NCBI RefSeq assembly: GCF_025370725.1
Contig: NZ_JAMXEZ010000006.1
Direction: 5' to 3' (one strand)
Length of the DNA stretch: 64,000 nucleotides
Source of the DNA: Laspinema olomoucense D3c
GTDB lineage: Bacteria; Cyanobacteriota; Cyanobacteriia; Cyanobacteriales; Laspinemataceae
Shown in pieces: positions 54,384 through 64,000 of the stretch (its first letter is position 1; the number at the start of each line of letters is the position of its first letter). The notes beneath the pieces were generated by a model. It saw nothing but the letters and a program-made list of their open reading frames with translations, made no database searches and was not told the DNA's origin. Position numbers and translations under genes: made by a program.

Positions 54384-55787
54384 ATGTTTCAAGCAACCCG
54401 CCGACGGTTAGCGATTTGGTATGCGGCACTCACAGCAGTGTTGCTGCTGGTGTTTGCTACGGGATTTTATGTGTATGTGCGGAGTACCTTAATCGATCGC
54501 ATTGATGACACCCTCAAGCACGTTGTGGAAGTGGTGGAACGCTCGCTGGCGATCGATGAAAACCCCAACACCGGCCAATATACCGTAAATGTTGTCGCCA
54601 GTTTCCGCAACAATGCTAAAACCGTCGAAGATGACCATATCGATTTAGAATGGTTTAGTCCCACTGGGGAATTATTGTGGTCTACCCTTTGGGAACCTTT
54701 AAAAATTCCCCTGCACCCGAAAAAAAATGGGGAAACGGTACAACTGTCGGGAGGACAACTCCTGCGCCAATTCACCGATCGCGTAGAAATTGGACGGCAA
54801 GTGGTAGGATATTTGCGAGTCAGTCATCCCTGGTTTGAAGTGACCAAACCGATTCGGCAATTAATTATTGATTTAAGTTTGGGAACCTCCCTCATGGCAA
54901 TTGCCATTAGTGCGATCGCCTGGTTACTGTCAGGATTAGCCATGAAACCTGTGCGGGATTCTTACCAGCGTCTCAAACAGTTTACCTCCGATGCCTCCCA
55001 TGAACTCAGAAACCCGATCGCCACGATTCAAACAAATGTGCAAGTAGCCCTTGCGGACCCGGAATTAGATTCACCAATCCATCGCCAGCAATTACAGCTA
55101 GTCGAACGCTTGACGCGCCGTATGGGACGATTGGTGGATGATTTGCTCTTTTTAGCGCGACAAGATAGCGGCATAGTGAAAGTGAGGAAACAACCTGTGC
55201 CAATGGATGCCTTATTGATGGAAGTAATGGAGGAACAAGAGGCGATCGCCGCCGAAAAAGGCATTGAATTAGTATTAGAAATTATTGATCCGCCCGATAG
55301 GGGCAATCACGCCCTCTCCCCCCTTATGGATCCAGAAACTGAACCGGGACTGGATTTTACCATCCCCGGAGATTGGGACCAACTGGCGCGACTGTTTACG
55401 AATTTAGTCAGTAATGGATTGCAATACACCGCGAAAGGGGGCCAAATTGCCATCACCTTAGAATGTAGCGGGGTGAGCAATCGCCCGAGTGCCAATAGCG
55501 GTGTCCAAGTTACGGTGAAAGATAGCGGAATCGGCATTCCGGCAGAGTCGGTGCCTCATATTTTTGATCGCTTTTATCGAGTGGACCCGGCGCGGAGTCA
55601 TGAACCTCACCAGTCGCCGGAATGGGGTTCTACGGGGTCTGGATTGGGACTGGCGATCGTCCGGGCGATCGTGGAAAATCATCACGGTTGGATTCGGGTA
55701 GACAGTCAGCTTAATCTCGGCACTACCGTTAGCGTTATCCTTCCGCTCTCCAAACCCGACCCAGAAAAACCGCATCCCGAGGCATAA
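54384..55787 (+). CDS. Membrane sensor histidine kinase (2 TM, periplasmic loop, HAMP, HisKA, HATPase_c)
   Basis: 467 aa. H-box TSDASHELRNPIATI, N-box LVSNGLQYT, G-boxes DSGIGI and GLGLAIV. Confidence 0.85.
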   Translation: MFQATRRRLAIWYAALTAVLLLVFATGFYVYVRSTLIDRIDDTLKHVVEVVERSLAIDENPNTGQYTVNVVASFRNNAKTVEDDHIDLEWFSPTGELLWSTLWEPLKIPLHPKKNGETVQLSGGQLLRQFTDRVEIGRQVVGYLRVSHPWFEVTKPIRQLIIDLSLGTSLMAIAISAIAWLLSGLAMKPVRDSYQRLKQFTSDASHELRNPIATIQTNVQVALADPELDSPIHRQQLQLVERLTRRMGRLVDDLLFLARQDSGIVKVRKQPVPMDALLMEVMEEQEAIAAEKGIELVLEIIDPPDRGNHALSPLMDPETEPGLDFTIPGDWDQLARLFTNLVSNGLQYTAKGGQIAITLECSGVSNRPSANSGVQVTVKDSGIGIPAESVPHIFDRFYRVDPARSHEPHQSPEWGSTGSGLGLAIVRAIVENHHGWIRVDSQLNLGTTVSVILPLSKPDPEKPHPEA

Positions 55788-55852
55788 AATAGCAAAGGAC
55801 AGAGCGAATCTGAAGGATATAATCGCTCTGATTCCCCTGCGATGTTTCTTTG

Positions 55853-56266
55853 CTAAACTTCGATTTGTGACTGCCCCGTGCAGATTGCACAGGAGCATCC
55901 CAGTGCATCTCGGATCGGGTCACTTCCGGATCCCTGAGCAATTAAAGCCCCCTGATGGCGGATTTCCGGACTCATCCATACCGATGCTAAGTTGCCGGAA
56001 ACTTGAGACAGCAGACTCGGATGTAGGGGAATGGCGATCGCCCCGGATGGAGCAATTTGCGTCACCTGAGCCACAGGTTGGCTCAGATTAGCCATCCCCA
56101 AGAAAGGTTGCGCCGCAGCGAGGATGGAAGTAATCGCTAACGTTAACGCTAAACTGAGGGCCGGAGCAAGTTTAAATCGAATCATAAGTTCTGCTTGTGC
56201 AAGTGGAGTGTCTTGAGTTGGGATGATGTTTAAGCTGGCCATTTGTTCCTTCCACGATAGCATCAA
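55853..56266 (-). CDS. Hypothetical small protein with a signal-peptide-like segment (weak call)
   Basis: 137-aa ORF convergent with the kinase gene. It has a hydrophobic stretch (LAPALSLALTLAITSILAAAQP) but no recognisable domain. Confidence 0.25.
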   Translation of the reverse strand: MMLSWKEQMASLNIIPTQDTPLAQAELMIRFKLAPALSLALTLAITSILAAAQPFLGMANLSQPVAQVTQIAPSGAIAIPLHPSLLSQVSGNLASVWMSPEIRHQGALIAQGSGSDPIRDALGCSCAICTGQSQIEV

Positions 56267-56354
56267 ACCCTCCGGAGTGACTACCCTGTACCTGCCTCTC
56301 TATGTGGCCCGGATCCCCCTTGCCCCGTTGAATATTTAGCCGTTGCCACCCCGG

Positions 56355-57014
56355 TTATCTTGGACGATAAGATCCAGGAATTTTTTTGGCCAACCCTTGG
56401 GCAAATTCTTTCTCGAACTCAAAGGCTTCTACTTCTAATTTATTATTTCTGTAGATTTCTCCGGCTTTTTTATATTCTTTAAAATAGTGATAGCCAAAAT
56501 TTCCTAAGCTGCCGAGTTGTTCGTGCTGCTGGCAGTGGATTAGTTCGTGGGAGAGCAGGACCAGTTGCTCGAAGTCCTGTTCTTTCATCTCCTTCTTAAT
56601 ATAAATGGTGTTTCCATAAACTTGAGCGTTGGATTCACCCACATTAATTTTGAAACTTGCCGCTACCCAATCTTCCATTAAAGTAGCATTATAAACCACT
56701 TTCACCCGATCCACTAAATCGCCAAAATGGGGGCGTAAATATTGTTTTTGAGTCTCAGTTAAAGCTTGCGGTTCAGCATTATTGGAACTCATCACTTCTG
56801 CGGCTGCTTGATAAGCCACCGCTCCAAATTGACCCCAAGCTTCTTCAGGCATTTCTTTAGGAACTTGTCCCCGGCAAATCTGGCCTCCGAGGGTTTGGGC
56901 ATCTGGGCAAGTGTGGCTTTCTGGATTAATCATGGGATTACTGAAGGCTCCGAAACCCACGGTTACGAATCCCAGACAAGCACCAATTAAGTTGACTTTA
57001 CGGGAGGTGAGCAT
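56355..57014 (-). CDS. Secreted DUF4157-like zinc-metallopeptidase-motif protein
   Basis: 219 aa. N-terminal signal/TM and HExxH at SHELIHCQQHEQ with conserved surrounding hydrophobics, as in the DUF4157 family. Confidence 0.55.
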   Translation of the reverse strand: MLTSRKVNLIGACLGFVTVGFGAFSNPMINPESHTCPDAQTLGGQICRGQVPKEMPEEAWGQFGAVAYQAAAEVMSSNNAEPQALTETQKQYLRPHFGDLVDRVKVVYNATLMEDWVAASFKINVGESNAQVYGNTIYIKKEMKEQDFEQLVLLSHELIHCQQHEQLGSLGNFGYHYFKEYKKAGEIYRNNKLEVEAFEFEKEFAQGLAKKIPGSYRPR

Positions 57015-58305
57015 AACCTGAATACTGAACTTCTCTAGGGTTATTCTTGGCGGACTTTGACGCTCCCGGAACTCTGGTTCTTATCACGGTTAACCCCCTC
57101 TAAAATTTGCCAGATTAAAAGCGCCGGTCTTGAATATTTAAGCCGAGATCGCCGGGGTAAAAGTTCCCTAAATAGGGGGGAATAGTCTAGGATGCGTGGG
57201 GAGCGATCGCCCTTGGAAATAGTTTACCCGGTTTTTCATTGAAAATTGATCCGTTTTTTGGCTGGGTTCCCCCAGGTTTCCCAAATGAAATTCCAGATAT
57301 CTCACCGAGGATCAAGTCCTACCACTTACCAGTTCGATGCAGTTGCCGGGAAATTTTCTCGGCTCTTGCCCAAGAATTGACTCGGTTTGGACGCTTCAAT
57401 TCCTCGGAGGGCAGCGGATCCCTTAAAGGGTGGGGTTTGAATCTCACCCACCGGAAGGAATGCCTCTGGGCTTCTATTTTTTGGGCTTTAAGAGCTTGCT
57501 CTCTTCGGCGGTTAAAACATCCTCAGGGGGTTGACATTGTTGATCGATTTACCCCGTAGAGATATCCCATCCCACTGCTCCAAAAAAGTAATTTTGGCTA
57601 CAATTGACCGTTAATTCCATCGGGCGATCGCTTTTACTGTCCCCTCTTTTAACTATATTTCTAGGCAAATTTACCCTATTTAGATTACCCGACATTCTCT
57701 GCATTCTAACCCTCGCCCGAGGCAATCAAGGGTGAACGGTAATCGGTTCATGGAATCCCTGTAGGCTTATAAGTTACCTCCCCTGCTTTCCTCCCCAGAG
57801 AATCTCGTCTAAGAAAGCTGCCTTTACCGGCCGGTTAAGGCTCAAATTTGAACAACTTTGGACCTCATCCAACCCGGTTGATAGGGATTGGCTACAGGTC
57901 TACAATCGAGGTCATAACTCAGTAGGTTGCAATCAACCTTCAATGCAGGCGCTGTCCCCTAAAGTTAATATTTCATGTCTAATCCCTGGCTCTCGGTTTT
58001 GGGGGTTCAAGTCAATTCAAAAATGTTCACAGCCGATTATTTTAACAGTCAACCGAGCAAATTCCTACCCCAAAGATTGCCCTGACTCAGGCATTTTTGA
58101 GTCAGGGCCGGGGTCCTTGCGCTGGCTTGGGACTGGAGAGAAACCCAGCAGCGCCTTTAACTAACACCCAATAACGACTCCCATCGTTATACCAACCTGA
58201 AAAAACGACTCAAGTCATACTCCTCAACTGAAACTTGTACAGACTCCGGGGTTCTTGCTCCGAAATCGGAGCATTCTTGAGCTCTCCCATAAGTTCCTGC
58301 TGGGG

Positions 58306-59373
58306 TTAACGACACCGCGCTGTTTTGCCATCGGGTAAAATAGCGTCACAAATTGTCCCTTGGGTAAAATCTACATTCTCAATCCCAATCTGAGTGAGAT
58401 CCGCCCCTCGCAGATTAGTGCCGGTGAGTTCGACATTGCGGAAGGTGGCACCCGTGAGGATTGCCCCCTCTAGGTCCGCACCCGAGAGAATCGTCCCCTC
58501 TAAGCTGGCTCCCTGAAGCTGGACATTTCTGAGCTGGGTATTAATCAAAATCGCTTCATTGAGAATAACCCCATGCATATCCGCATCTAATAAATCAGCA
58601 CCGGAGAGGTCCGCCTGGGTTAACAAGGCCCCTCGTAAGTTACTGGTGCTGAGGTTAGCATTTCTGAGACTGGCTCCTTGCATCTGTGCCCCTTGCAGGA
58701 ACGCTTGCCGCGCACTGGCTCCACTGAGATTGGCACTATTGAGGATGGCCCCACTGAGGTTGGCATTGTTGAGGGTCACCCCGAAGAGTTCGGCACCTGT
58801 GAGATTGCTCCCCTGGAGTTGAGCACCATTGAGGTTCGCTTGCTCAATGTAGATGCGGCTGAGATCTGTCCCGCTTAAATTGGCTTCGGACAAGTCTGCA
58901 TTCGCTAGGTTAATTAAAAATAAAACTGCACCCACGAGCTGACTCTGAGATAAATTCGCCTCAGTGAGGTTGACTCCGGTTAGATTGGCCCCTCGAAGAT
59001 TGACTTTGTGTAAGTTGGCCCCCGTGAAGTTGGCCCCAGTCAGATTGGCCCCTCTCAAATCGGACCCTTGGAAATTGGCATTCGTTAGGTTAGAACCGCT
59101 CAGATCGGCACCGGTGAGGTCGGTATTACTCAGGTTGGCATCGGTCAGAATACAGGCTTGGCACTGATTGGTTTGCATCAAGCGCATCACCCCGGCAGAA
59201 TCTTGCGATCGCCCCGGAATAGCTAGGCAAACCACAGCTAACACAATGATAAAAACTCCCATCCATCGGTAAATTTGCCCTATTCGTAAACTCAATTTGT
59301 TGTTTTTGATGATTCGTGGATTTGCCATTCGTGGGGCCACCTCTGGAGTCCCGTAGAAAATCTTAATGCTCAC
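58306..59373 (-). CDS. Pentapeptide-repeat protein with an N-terminal TM anchor
   Basis: 355 aa. About 50 consecutive A(D/N)LxG-type pentapeptides (ANLSGANLTGANFTGANL...). Confidence 0.85.
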   Translation of the reverse strand: MSIKIFYGTPEVAPRMANPRIIKNNKLSLRIGQIYRWMGVFIIVLAVVCLAIPGRSQDSAGVMRLMQTNQCQACILTDANLSNTDLTGADLSGSNLTNANFQGSDLRGANLTGANFTGANLHKVNLRGANLTGVNLTEANLSQSQLVGAVLFLINLANADLSEANLSGTDLSRIYIEQANLNGAQLQGSNLTGAELFGVTLNNANLSGAILNSANLSGASARQAFLQGAQMQGASLRNANLSTSNLRGALLTQADLSGADLLDADMHGVILNEAILINTQLRNVQLQGASLEGTILSGADLEGAILTGATFRNVELTGTNLRGADLTQIGIENVDFTQGTICDAILPDGKTARCR

Positions 59374-59510
59374 CAGAGGGTGATTCTAATCGATGTCTGA
59401 CCCTGTAGCACCCTATCTGCTCCTAGTCTATCCCCTGGGATGTAAGGGGTCAGTGGGTGAAGATTTTTCCAGTCCCAGGGGAGGGGAAAATCGCTAGAGT
59501 CCCTCTGATT

Positions 59511-60440
59511 TTATCGATCGCCGGGTTTAAGTCGAAAAATATAGACGAATTTTCGGCGATCTGCCGGGATAATTTTCTTTAAAATTCCCTCGACTTCGGC
59601 TTTGGTCCCACCGCTGGCGATCGGCATTTCTTCAAACAGGGCAATCCAGCCCTTTTTTATCCCTATTTCTCGCCAGCGTGCCTGATAAATTTCGGCGTAC
59701 AACCGCCCCATTTCTTGGTAATAGGTAACTTTTAAATCTACACTTTTTTGGACTAATTCTTGTATTTGAACTTCATAAGTTTTTCGATTCTCTTCACTCT
59801 GTAGATAAAATTTTAGGAGTTCGCCGTGGCTCAGAGGGCTGAGTTGATGATCGGGCTGAGGTGCTGGGGGTGGTTCCGCTGCTGCAACTTCCGTCAAGGA
59901 GGCGATAATTCCAAATTTTTCAACGGCATGATGATAGGTTTCACTCAGACTCCCTTTAATGCTTAAACCTAAATAAAAGGGATAGGGTTGTAAGGTTCCA
60001 TCATAGATAATTTTGTTTTTAAAGGGTAAGAGTACCGTTTCCACCATCACCGGCAAAACACTCCCCACCAGTTCGGGAAAGGGACAATCCAGGGCTAACA
60101 CGCCGTAGGCTTTACTGGGAGGGCGATCGGCAATTAACACCGCATAATTTTGGTGATAACTATAAATATAAAATCTTCCCGAAATAAAATTGTGCCAACT
60201 GGAAACAATTTGCAGTAAATCTGGAGCAATTTTCAGGGGGTTTTCTTCGGCAAATAAATCAAAGAGGTAGGGATGAGTATAGAGTTGCTGGCGGAGTTCA
60301 TTAACCTGTAACGGCGTCAGTTCTGACATTTCCTCTGAACCACAGCATCCGGCAAAAAGACCAAATTTTTGATTAACATAAATTAAGATGGAATAGTATA
60401 GATGGTAAAATAAATCAATATCTGAATCGGCTAATTGCAT
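59511..60440 (-). CDS. Hypothetical protein
   Basis: 309-aa ORF with no recognised domain and a Pro-rich internal linker (AAEPPPAPQPD). Confidence 0.5.
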   Translation of the reverse strand: MQLADSDIDLFYHLYYSILIYVNQKFGLFAGCCGSEEMSELTPLQVNELRQQLYTHPYLFDLFAEENPLKIAPDLLQIVSSWHNFISGRFYIYSYHQNYAVLIADRPPSKAYGVLALDCPFPELVGSVLPVMVETVLLPFKNKIIYDGTLQPYPFYLGLSIKGSLSETYHHAVEKFGIIASLTEVAAAEPPPAPQPDHQLSPLSHGELLKFYLQSEENRKTYEVQIQELVQKSVDLKVTYYQEMGRLYAEIYQARWREIGIKKGWIALFEEMPIASGGTKAEVEGILKKIIPADRRKFVYIFRLKPGDR

Positions 60441-61299
60441 AATAGAACCCCTCGATTTTATCCTGGGTGGCTTCTTTCTTTTACTATAGCCCGCCTATCC
60501 TGCTTCAGAAACTCTCGGTTGAGGATTAGGGCCCACAGAAGTAGGAACAACCTGTAATGCTAAATTTCCCGTCAACACCGGATCTCTACCTCTGGTCTTC
60601 CCCCCAGACGCGGGAGATAGCAGGTCTAAATCATTCTGACCCTAAAATTAATCCGGTGGAGCATTTTACTCCCTACTACAGCAAGATGCTGCCCCACCGG
60701 AGTGGAATTGGAGAATTCCTACAAGACTGGCGATAGACAGCGGCGCAGAAAATTTTTTCCCTCTCTTGACAAGGGTGTAACATGGATGTATTATGTGAGT
60801 AGCAAAAGCGTAAATTTTTAAATTGCCATAAATTTGAAATGGGGGCGATCGCCTTGCTTATAGAAGTCTACGCTGACCGTGTTTGCTCCAGACATCAGTT
60901 TCCATCGAAAGCTACGCGATCGCCATGCTGTCAATGGATGACTCGGACCAAAGGAATCTATCAGAATTCTCAGGAGGAGACCCAGGGAATGAGAAGAATC
61001 ACTCAAACGGCTCACCCAGGTCATTGACTCAGCGATCGCCCCTATTTTTGTTAACATCCTATTCGTAGGTACTTTATGAAAAAAATCATCTTCATTTCAG
61101 AACTTTGGCCTCACCAATCTGGTACCAATGTAAGGAAATAATTACTTGAATCAACAGAAAATAAGCGTCCCCGGTTATTTATGTGATAAATCCAAATGTT
61201 TTCTAAGGGCCGCTTTCAATAAAGCGTTAATTTTTCCCAGGCATTACAGCCTTAGTGCAAACTTTCAGTTCAGTTAGGCGAGCAAAACTCACTTAAATT

Positions 61300-62526
61300 A
61301 TGGCATTCAGTAACTTTGACCACGGAAACGAGCTTCGCGATCGCAACCCCACCCAAGATCGGGGATTGCTGGGAGCGGGTTGGCGACCCTTATCCCGGGA
61401 CTTTGATTGGAGTTATTTTTTCCATCTCGCCTCTAAAGACCCCTGGGAATTAGCCCACAAAACCTTAGATTTTAGTAGTGATATTGCCGATGCGTTAGGG
61501 CGTCAAAATTTTACGTGGTGGGCGAATATTTTAAATGTATTTTCGGAATACACCCGAGGCGATTTTAATGAGTTTTGGGATTACATTACTCCCCCACCGG
61601 CGGGACCCAATTGTCTCAGCGCAGATATGATCACGGCAGAAACCCCCGTTGTTCAATTCGTCAGCCGGGACAGCATCCCGATTGATTACGTCCTCAAACG
61701 CCTCCAAGAGATTACCGTTTGCAAAGTCCTGGACCTTTTAGGTCGTCCCGATTTGATTACCCAATATTACCTAGAACGGTATTTTTATTATCCCATCGAG
61801 CGGTTTTCCACTTGGGAGCGCATTCAAACAATGGGGATCGTTTATGCCTATTGGAAAAAACAGAACATTTGGCTACAAATCGACCCCCTGGGGCGCATTC
61901 AAAATACGGGCCGCAACCAATTTCAATATACGCTGATCGCCGATGATTTGCGATCGCTGATTAACAAAGCCACCTACAATCTAGCAGTCATGCTCAGTGG
62001 CTATCAAAGCCGTGTGGGTCAAGTTCAGAGCGAGTTTCCGATTCGCACCTTTCCTGCTGATATTCAAGGGTTTAGCGATCGCGTCCAAGAGGCCATCTTT
62101 ACCCAACCTCAACTCGCCGTCCTCGTTCATGGCGCACCAGGAACAGGCAAAACAGCTTGGACCCAAGCCGTTGCCAAAGAAATTCTAGTTCCCTTGGGAT
62201 ATGTGATTTTTATTCTGGACCATGATGCCGTAGAAAATTTCGTTCCCCCCAGTTATTTAGAAAAAATTTGCATCATTATTAATGAAGCAGATAACCTCGC
62301 CCAAGACCGGGGAAGCGAAGCCGCCCAACACAGTAATAAAACTGAACATATCCTCAGCTTACTCGATGGCACTTTATATCAAAGTGTCTTAGAGCCCGAG
62401 GGGATTAATGCTCAACAAAAGCTGGTGTTTTTAATGACTTGTAACACCACCGAACGATTAGATCCGGCTGTATTACGCAAAGGACGGATTGATTTAATCT
62501 ATGAATTTGTAACTCAATTTGTTTAA
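61300..62526 (+). CDS. AAA+ ATPase (classic AAA clade) with an uncharacterised about 270-aa N-terminal domain
   Basis: 408 aa. The C-terminus has Walker A GAPGTGKT, a degenerate Walker B IIINEAD and the second region of homology with arginine finger DPAVLRKGRID. The N-terminus is rich in aromatic residues and matches no family I recognise. Confidence 0.7.
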   Translation: MAFSNFDHGNELRDRNPTQDRGLLGAGWRPLSRDFDWSYFFHLASKDPWELAHKTLDFSSDIADALGRQNFTWWANILNVFSEYTRGDFNEFWDYITPPPAGPNCLSADMITAETPVVQFVSRDSIPIDYVLKRLQEITVCKVLDLLGRPDLITQYYLERYFYYPIERFSTWERIQTMGIVYAYWKKQNIWLQIDPLGRIQNTGRNQFQYTLIADDLRSLINKATYNLAVMLSGYQSRVGQVQSEFPIRTFPADIQGFSDRVQEAIFTQPQLAVLVHGAPGTGKTAWTQAVAKEILVPLGYVIFILDHDAVENFVPPSYLEKICIIINEADNLAQDRGSEAAQHSNKTEHILSLLDGTLYQSVLEPEGINAQQKLVFLMTCNTTERLDPAVLRKGRIDLIYEFVTQFV

Positions 62527-62630
62527 GGAATTTTACGGGAATGATAAAATGGAAAAGTGGGGCGATCGGCCCCACTTCTTCTACATTCCTAGAATAAAAA
62601 CCAGTTTCGGGTTACGTCTTATCGAGTTAC

Positions 62631-63104
62631 TTATTCTTTGGGAGAAACCTCGATATCAGGATTCGTGCAAAAATCTATGGCAGTCGCCATGCCTTCTGTC
62701 CCATCTTCACTGCGAGTAAAGACATCATAGAGACACGGGTCTCCATCTTTCCAGTCTTCATCGGCCCACTCAAATTGATCCTTACCCCCCGGTTCGATGG
62801 GCTCGACTAGGATACTGTCGCCCCATGCGGTCTCGTCAGTATCATCGACATAAAGTTCGGTAATCGGGCTACCTGTATTATTAGTAACCGTAAATTGATA
62901 TTGAGCGCTGCTCTCCTCAGTCTCCTCTTGAGCACTGCTCTCCTCAGTCTCCTCAGCTTCCTCAGCGCGGACGACTGTAGTAGTCACCAGAGGTAGGCAT
63001 AATGCCAACCCAATGAGCAGAGAACGGAAGGACAGATTAACCATAAAGTTTGAGTTCATTATACACCCTCCTTGAGGGCCTACTGAAAATGTGTTAAATG
63101 ACAT
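62631..63104 (-). CDS. Small secreted acidic protein with a duplicated EETEESSAQ motif
   Basis: 157 aa. Signal peptide (LLIGLALCLPLVTTTVVRA) then an acidic repeat and a C-terminal domain. Confidence 0.5.
   Translation of the reverse strand: MSFNTFSVGPQGGCIMNSNFMVNLSFRSLLIGLALCLPLVTTTVVRAEEAEETEESSAQEETEESSAQYQFTVTNNTGSPITELYVDDTDETAWGDSILVEPIEPGGKDQFEWADEDWKDGDPCLYDVFTRSEDGTEGMATAIDFCTNPDIEVSPKE
62905..62958. repeat. 27-nt direct repeat x2 inside the acidic secreted protein gene
   Basis: AGCGCTGCTCTCCTCAGTCTCCTCTTG / AGCACTGCTCTCCTCAGTCTCCTCAGC. Confidence 0.8.
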
Positions 63105-63360
63105 TCTATCATTCCTTTTCCATTTGTCAATCCCCTTTTCTAAAAAACAGTCAGGCTGGAAAGAAAGGATTTGGATCCTGCCCTCAGCTAAAAGCCAAAA
63201 TCAGAAATGCCCCAAAGTGTGCTTCGCAATACTTTTCCACAGAAATATTATTCCAGGAACACCCAGGAGGCTATCGGGGAACTATAATTTCTGTAGAACT
63301 TCAATAATTTTTTTATCCCTTTCTCAGGTTTTTACTTATTAACGGAATTCAAAAAAATTA

Positions 63361-63909
63361 ATGAGCCAAAATTCTCAATTAATTAAAATTAGTAAATATC
63401 TCAGCTATCACTTGCGACACCATCCCGAGGAAATCGGATTAGAACTGGAACCCGGGGGCTGGGTTGCGGTGGAAGCCTTATTAGCAGCAGCACAAGCTCA
63501 CCAGTACCCCATCACCCGATCGCAACTGGATTTAGTCGTAGAAACGAACAATAAACAGCGCTTTTCCTTCGATTCCACCGGCACTCGCATTCGGGCGAAT
63601 CAAGGGCATAGTATTCCGATAGATTTGCAACTCAAACCCCGTTGTCCGCCGGATATCCTCTATCATGGCACGAGAGATCAAGCGGTTGAGTCAATTCTGG
63701 CCCAGGGATTACAAAAAAAAGCCCGCCATCATGTTCATTTATCTCCCGATATTGACACCGCCAGACAGGTGGGAATGCGTCACGGTAAACCTGTGGTATT
63801 CATCATTAAAGCTGCCGAAATGTACCAAAATGGGCATTTATTTTACTGTTCCGATAATGGAGTTTGGCTGGTGGATGAAGTTCCGCCAGAATATCTGGTT
63901 TTGGCCTAA
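63361..63909 (+). CDS. kptA: RNA 2'-phosphotransferase (Tpt1/KptA family)
   Basis: 182 aa: KISKYLSYHLRHHPEEIGLELEPGGWV...RIRANQGHS...HGT...HVHLS... matches the KptA H-R / H-G-T / H-h-H-L signature. Confidence 0.85.
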   Translation: MSQNSQLIKISKYLSYHLRHHPEEIGLELEPGGWVAVEALLAAAQAHQYPITRSQLDLVVETNNKQRFSFDSTGTRIRANQGHSIPIDLQLKPRCPPDILYHGTRDQAVESILAQGLQKKARHHVHLSPDIDTARQVGMRHGKPVVFIIKAAEMYQNGHLFYCSDNGVWLVDEVPPEYLVLA

Positions 63910-64000
63910 ACCGAACTTCAATGAAACAGGGCAAGCTCATCTAATTTGGTATAAATTGTACTTGACAAAAAAGCAATTATAGGGTTTGCCCCATTTAATG

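Noticed and set aside
57425-57460. tRNA-like T-loop motif GGTTTGAATCT flanked by GGGTG/CACCC
   Set aside because: The loop between the complementary arms is 12 nt, not 7. No acceptor, D or anticodon stems can be drawn, so it is not a tRNA.
57239-57559. 106-aa ORF in the 1.3-kb gap
   Set aside because: No RBS, no motif, rare-looking composition. Kept only as part of the ORF-poor-region finding.
60818-61068. Small ORFs (60-80 aa) in the 60441-61299 gap
   Set aside because: Mutually overlapping on both strands, no motifs. The region is more plausibly a divergent promoter/UTR region.
1-64000. CRISPR arrays or rRNA genes
   Set aside because: No regularly spaced direct repeats with unique spacers and no rRNA-like conserved stretches were seen. 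The only tandem repeats are in-frame coding repeats (29832-30070, 62905-62958).

Overview
Cyanobacterial chromosomal window: the HIP1 octamer GCGATCGC recurs dozens of times and several genes are cyanobacterial-type. I could support about 45 protein-coding genes, no rRNA and no CRISPR array; no tRNA-like sequence held up on inspection. Housekeeping and transport genes are: two tandem mgtE paralogs (one truncated by the window edge); an NhaS-type antiporter fused to a UspA domain; a second CPA1 antiporter; a CrtI-family FAD oxidoreductase; solitary ureC; a PEP-synthase-like enzyme; comF; ribokinase; a YliI-like PQQ sugar dehydrogenase; a membrane-anchored Mn/Fe SOD; a glycogen-debranching-type glucosidase; and KptA. 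These are interleaved with accessory-looking blocks.

Findings, roughly in order of interest:
- A highly eukaryote-like major vault protein homolog. Next to it sit a divergently transcribed operon for a secreted CHAT (caspase-like) protease and a Gly-rich secreted protein, and a VapBC pair.
- A minus-strand two-component island of three large hybrid histidine kinases. One has an N-terminal ethylene-binding domain aligning to plant ETR1, with the Cu-ligand Cys and His conserved. It is immediately followed by a CheY-like receiver and a CheC-like phosphatase.
- A split OLD-like pair (ABC/AAA_21 ATPase overlapping a Toprim-like DUF4276 protein), a candidate antiphage module.
- Three tandem paralogs of a small two-TM protein next to a SWIM zinc-finger protein.
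- An orphan two-partner-secretion exoprotein (FhaB-type TPS domain) with no TpsB in view.
- A loosely clustered, possible saccharopine-type lysine catabolism gene set: saccharopine-DH-like, ALDH, class-III aminotransferase and a DUF1338/HglS-like protein.
- Perfect 35-bp inverted repeats forming a MITE-like or long-hairpin element.
- Several clean intrinsic terminators and in-frame tandem repeats.

All assignments rest on reading the translated ORFs and the DNA by eye against remembered family signatures. None was checked against a database.
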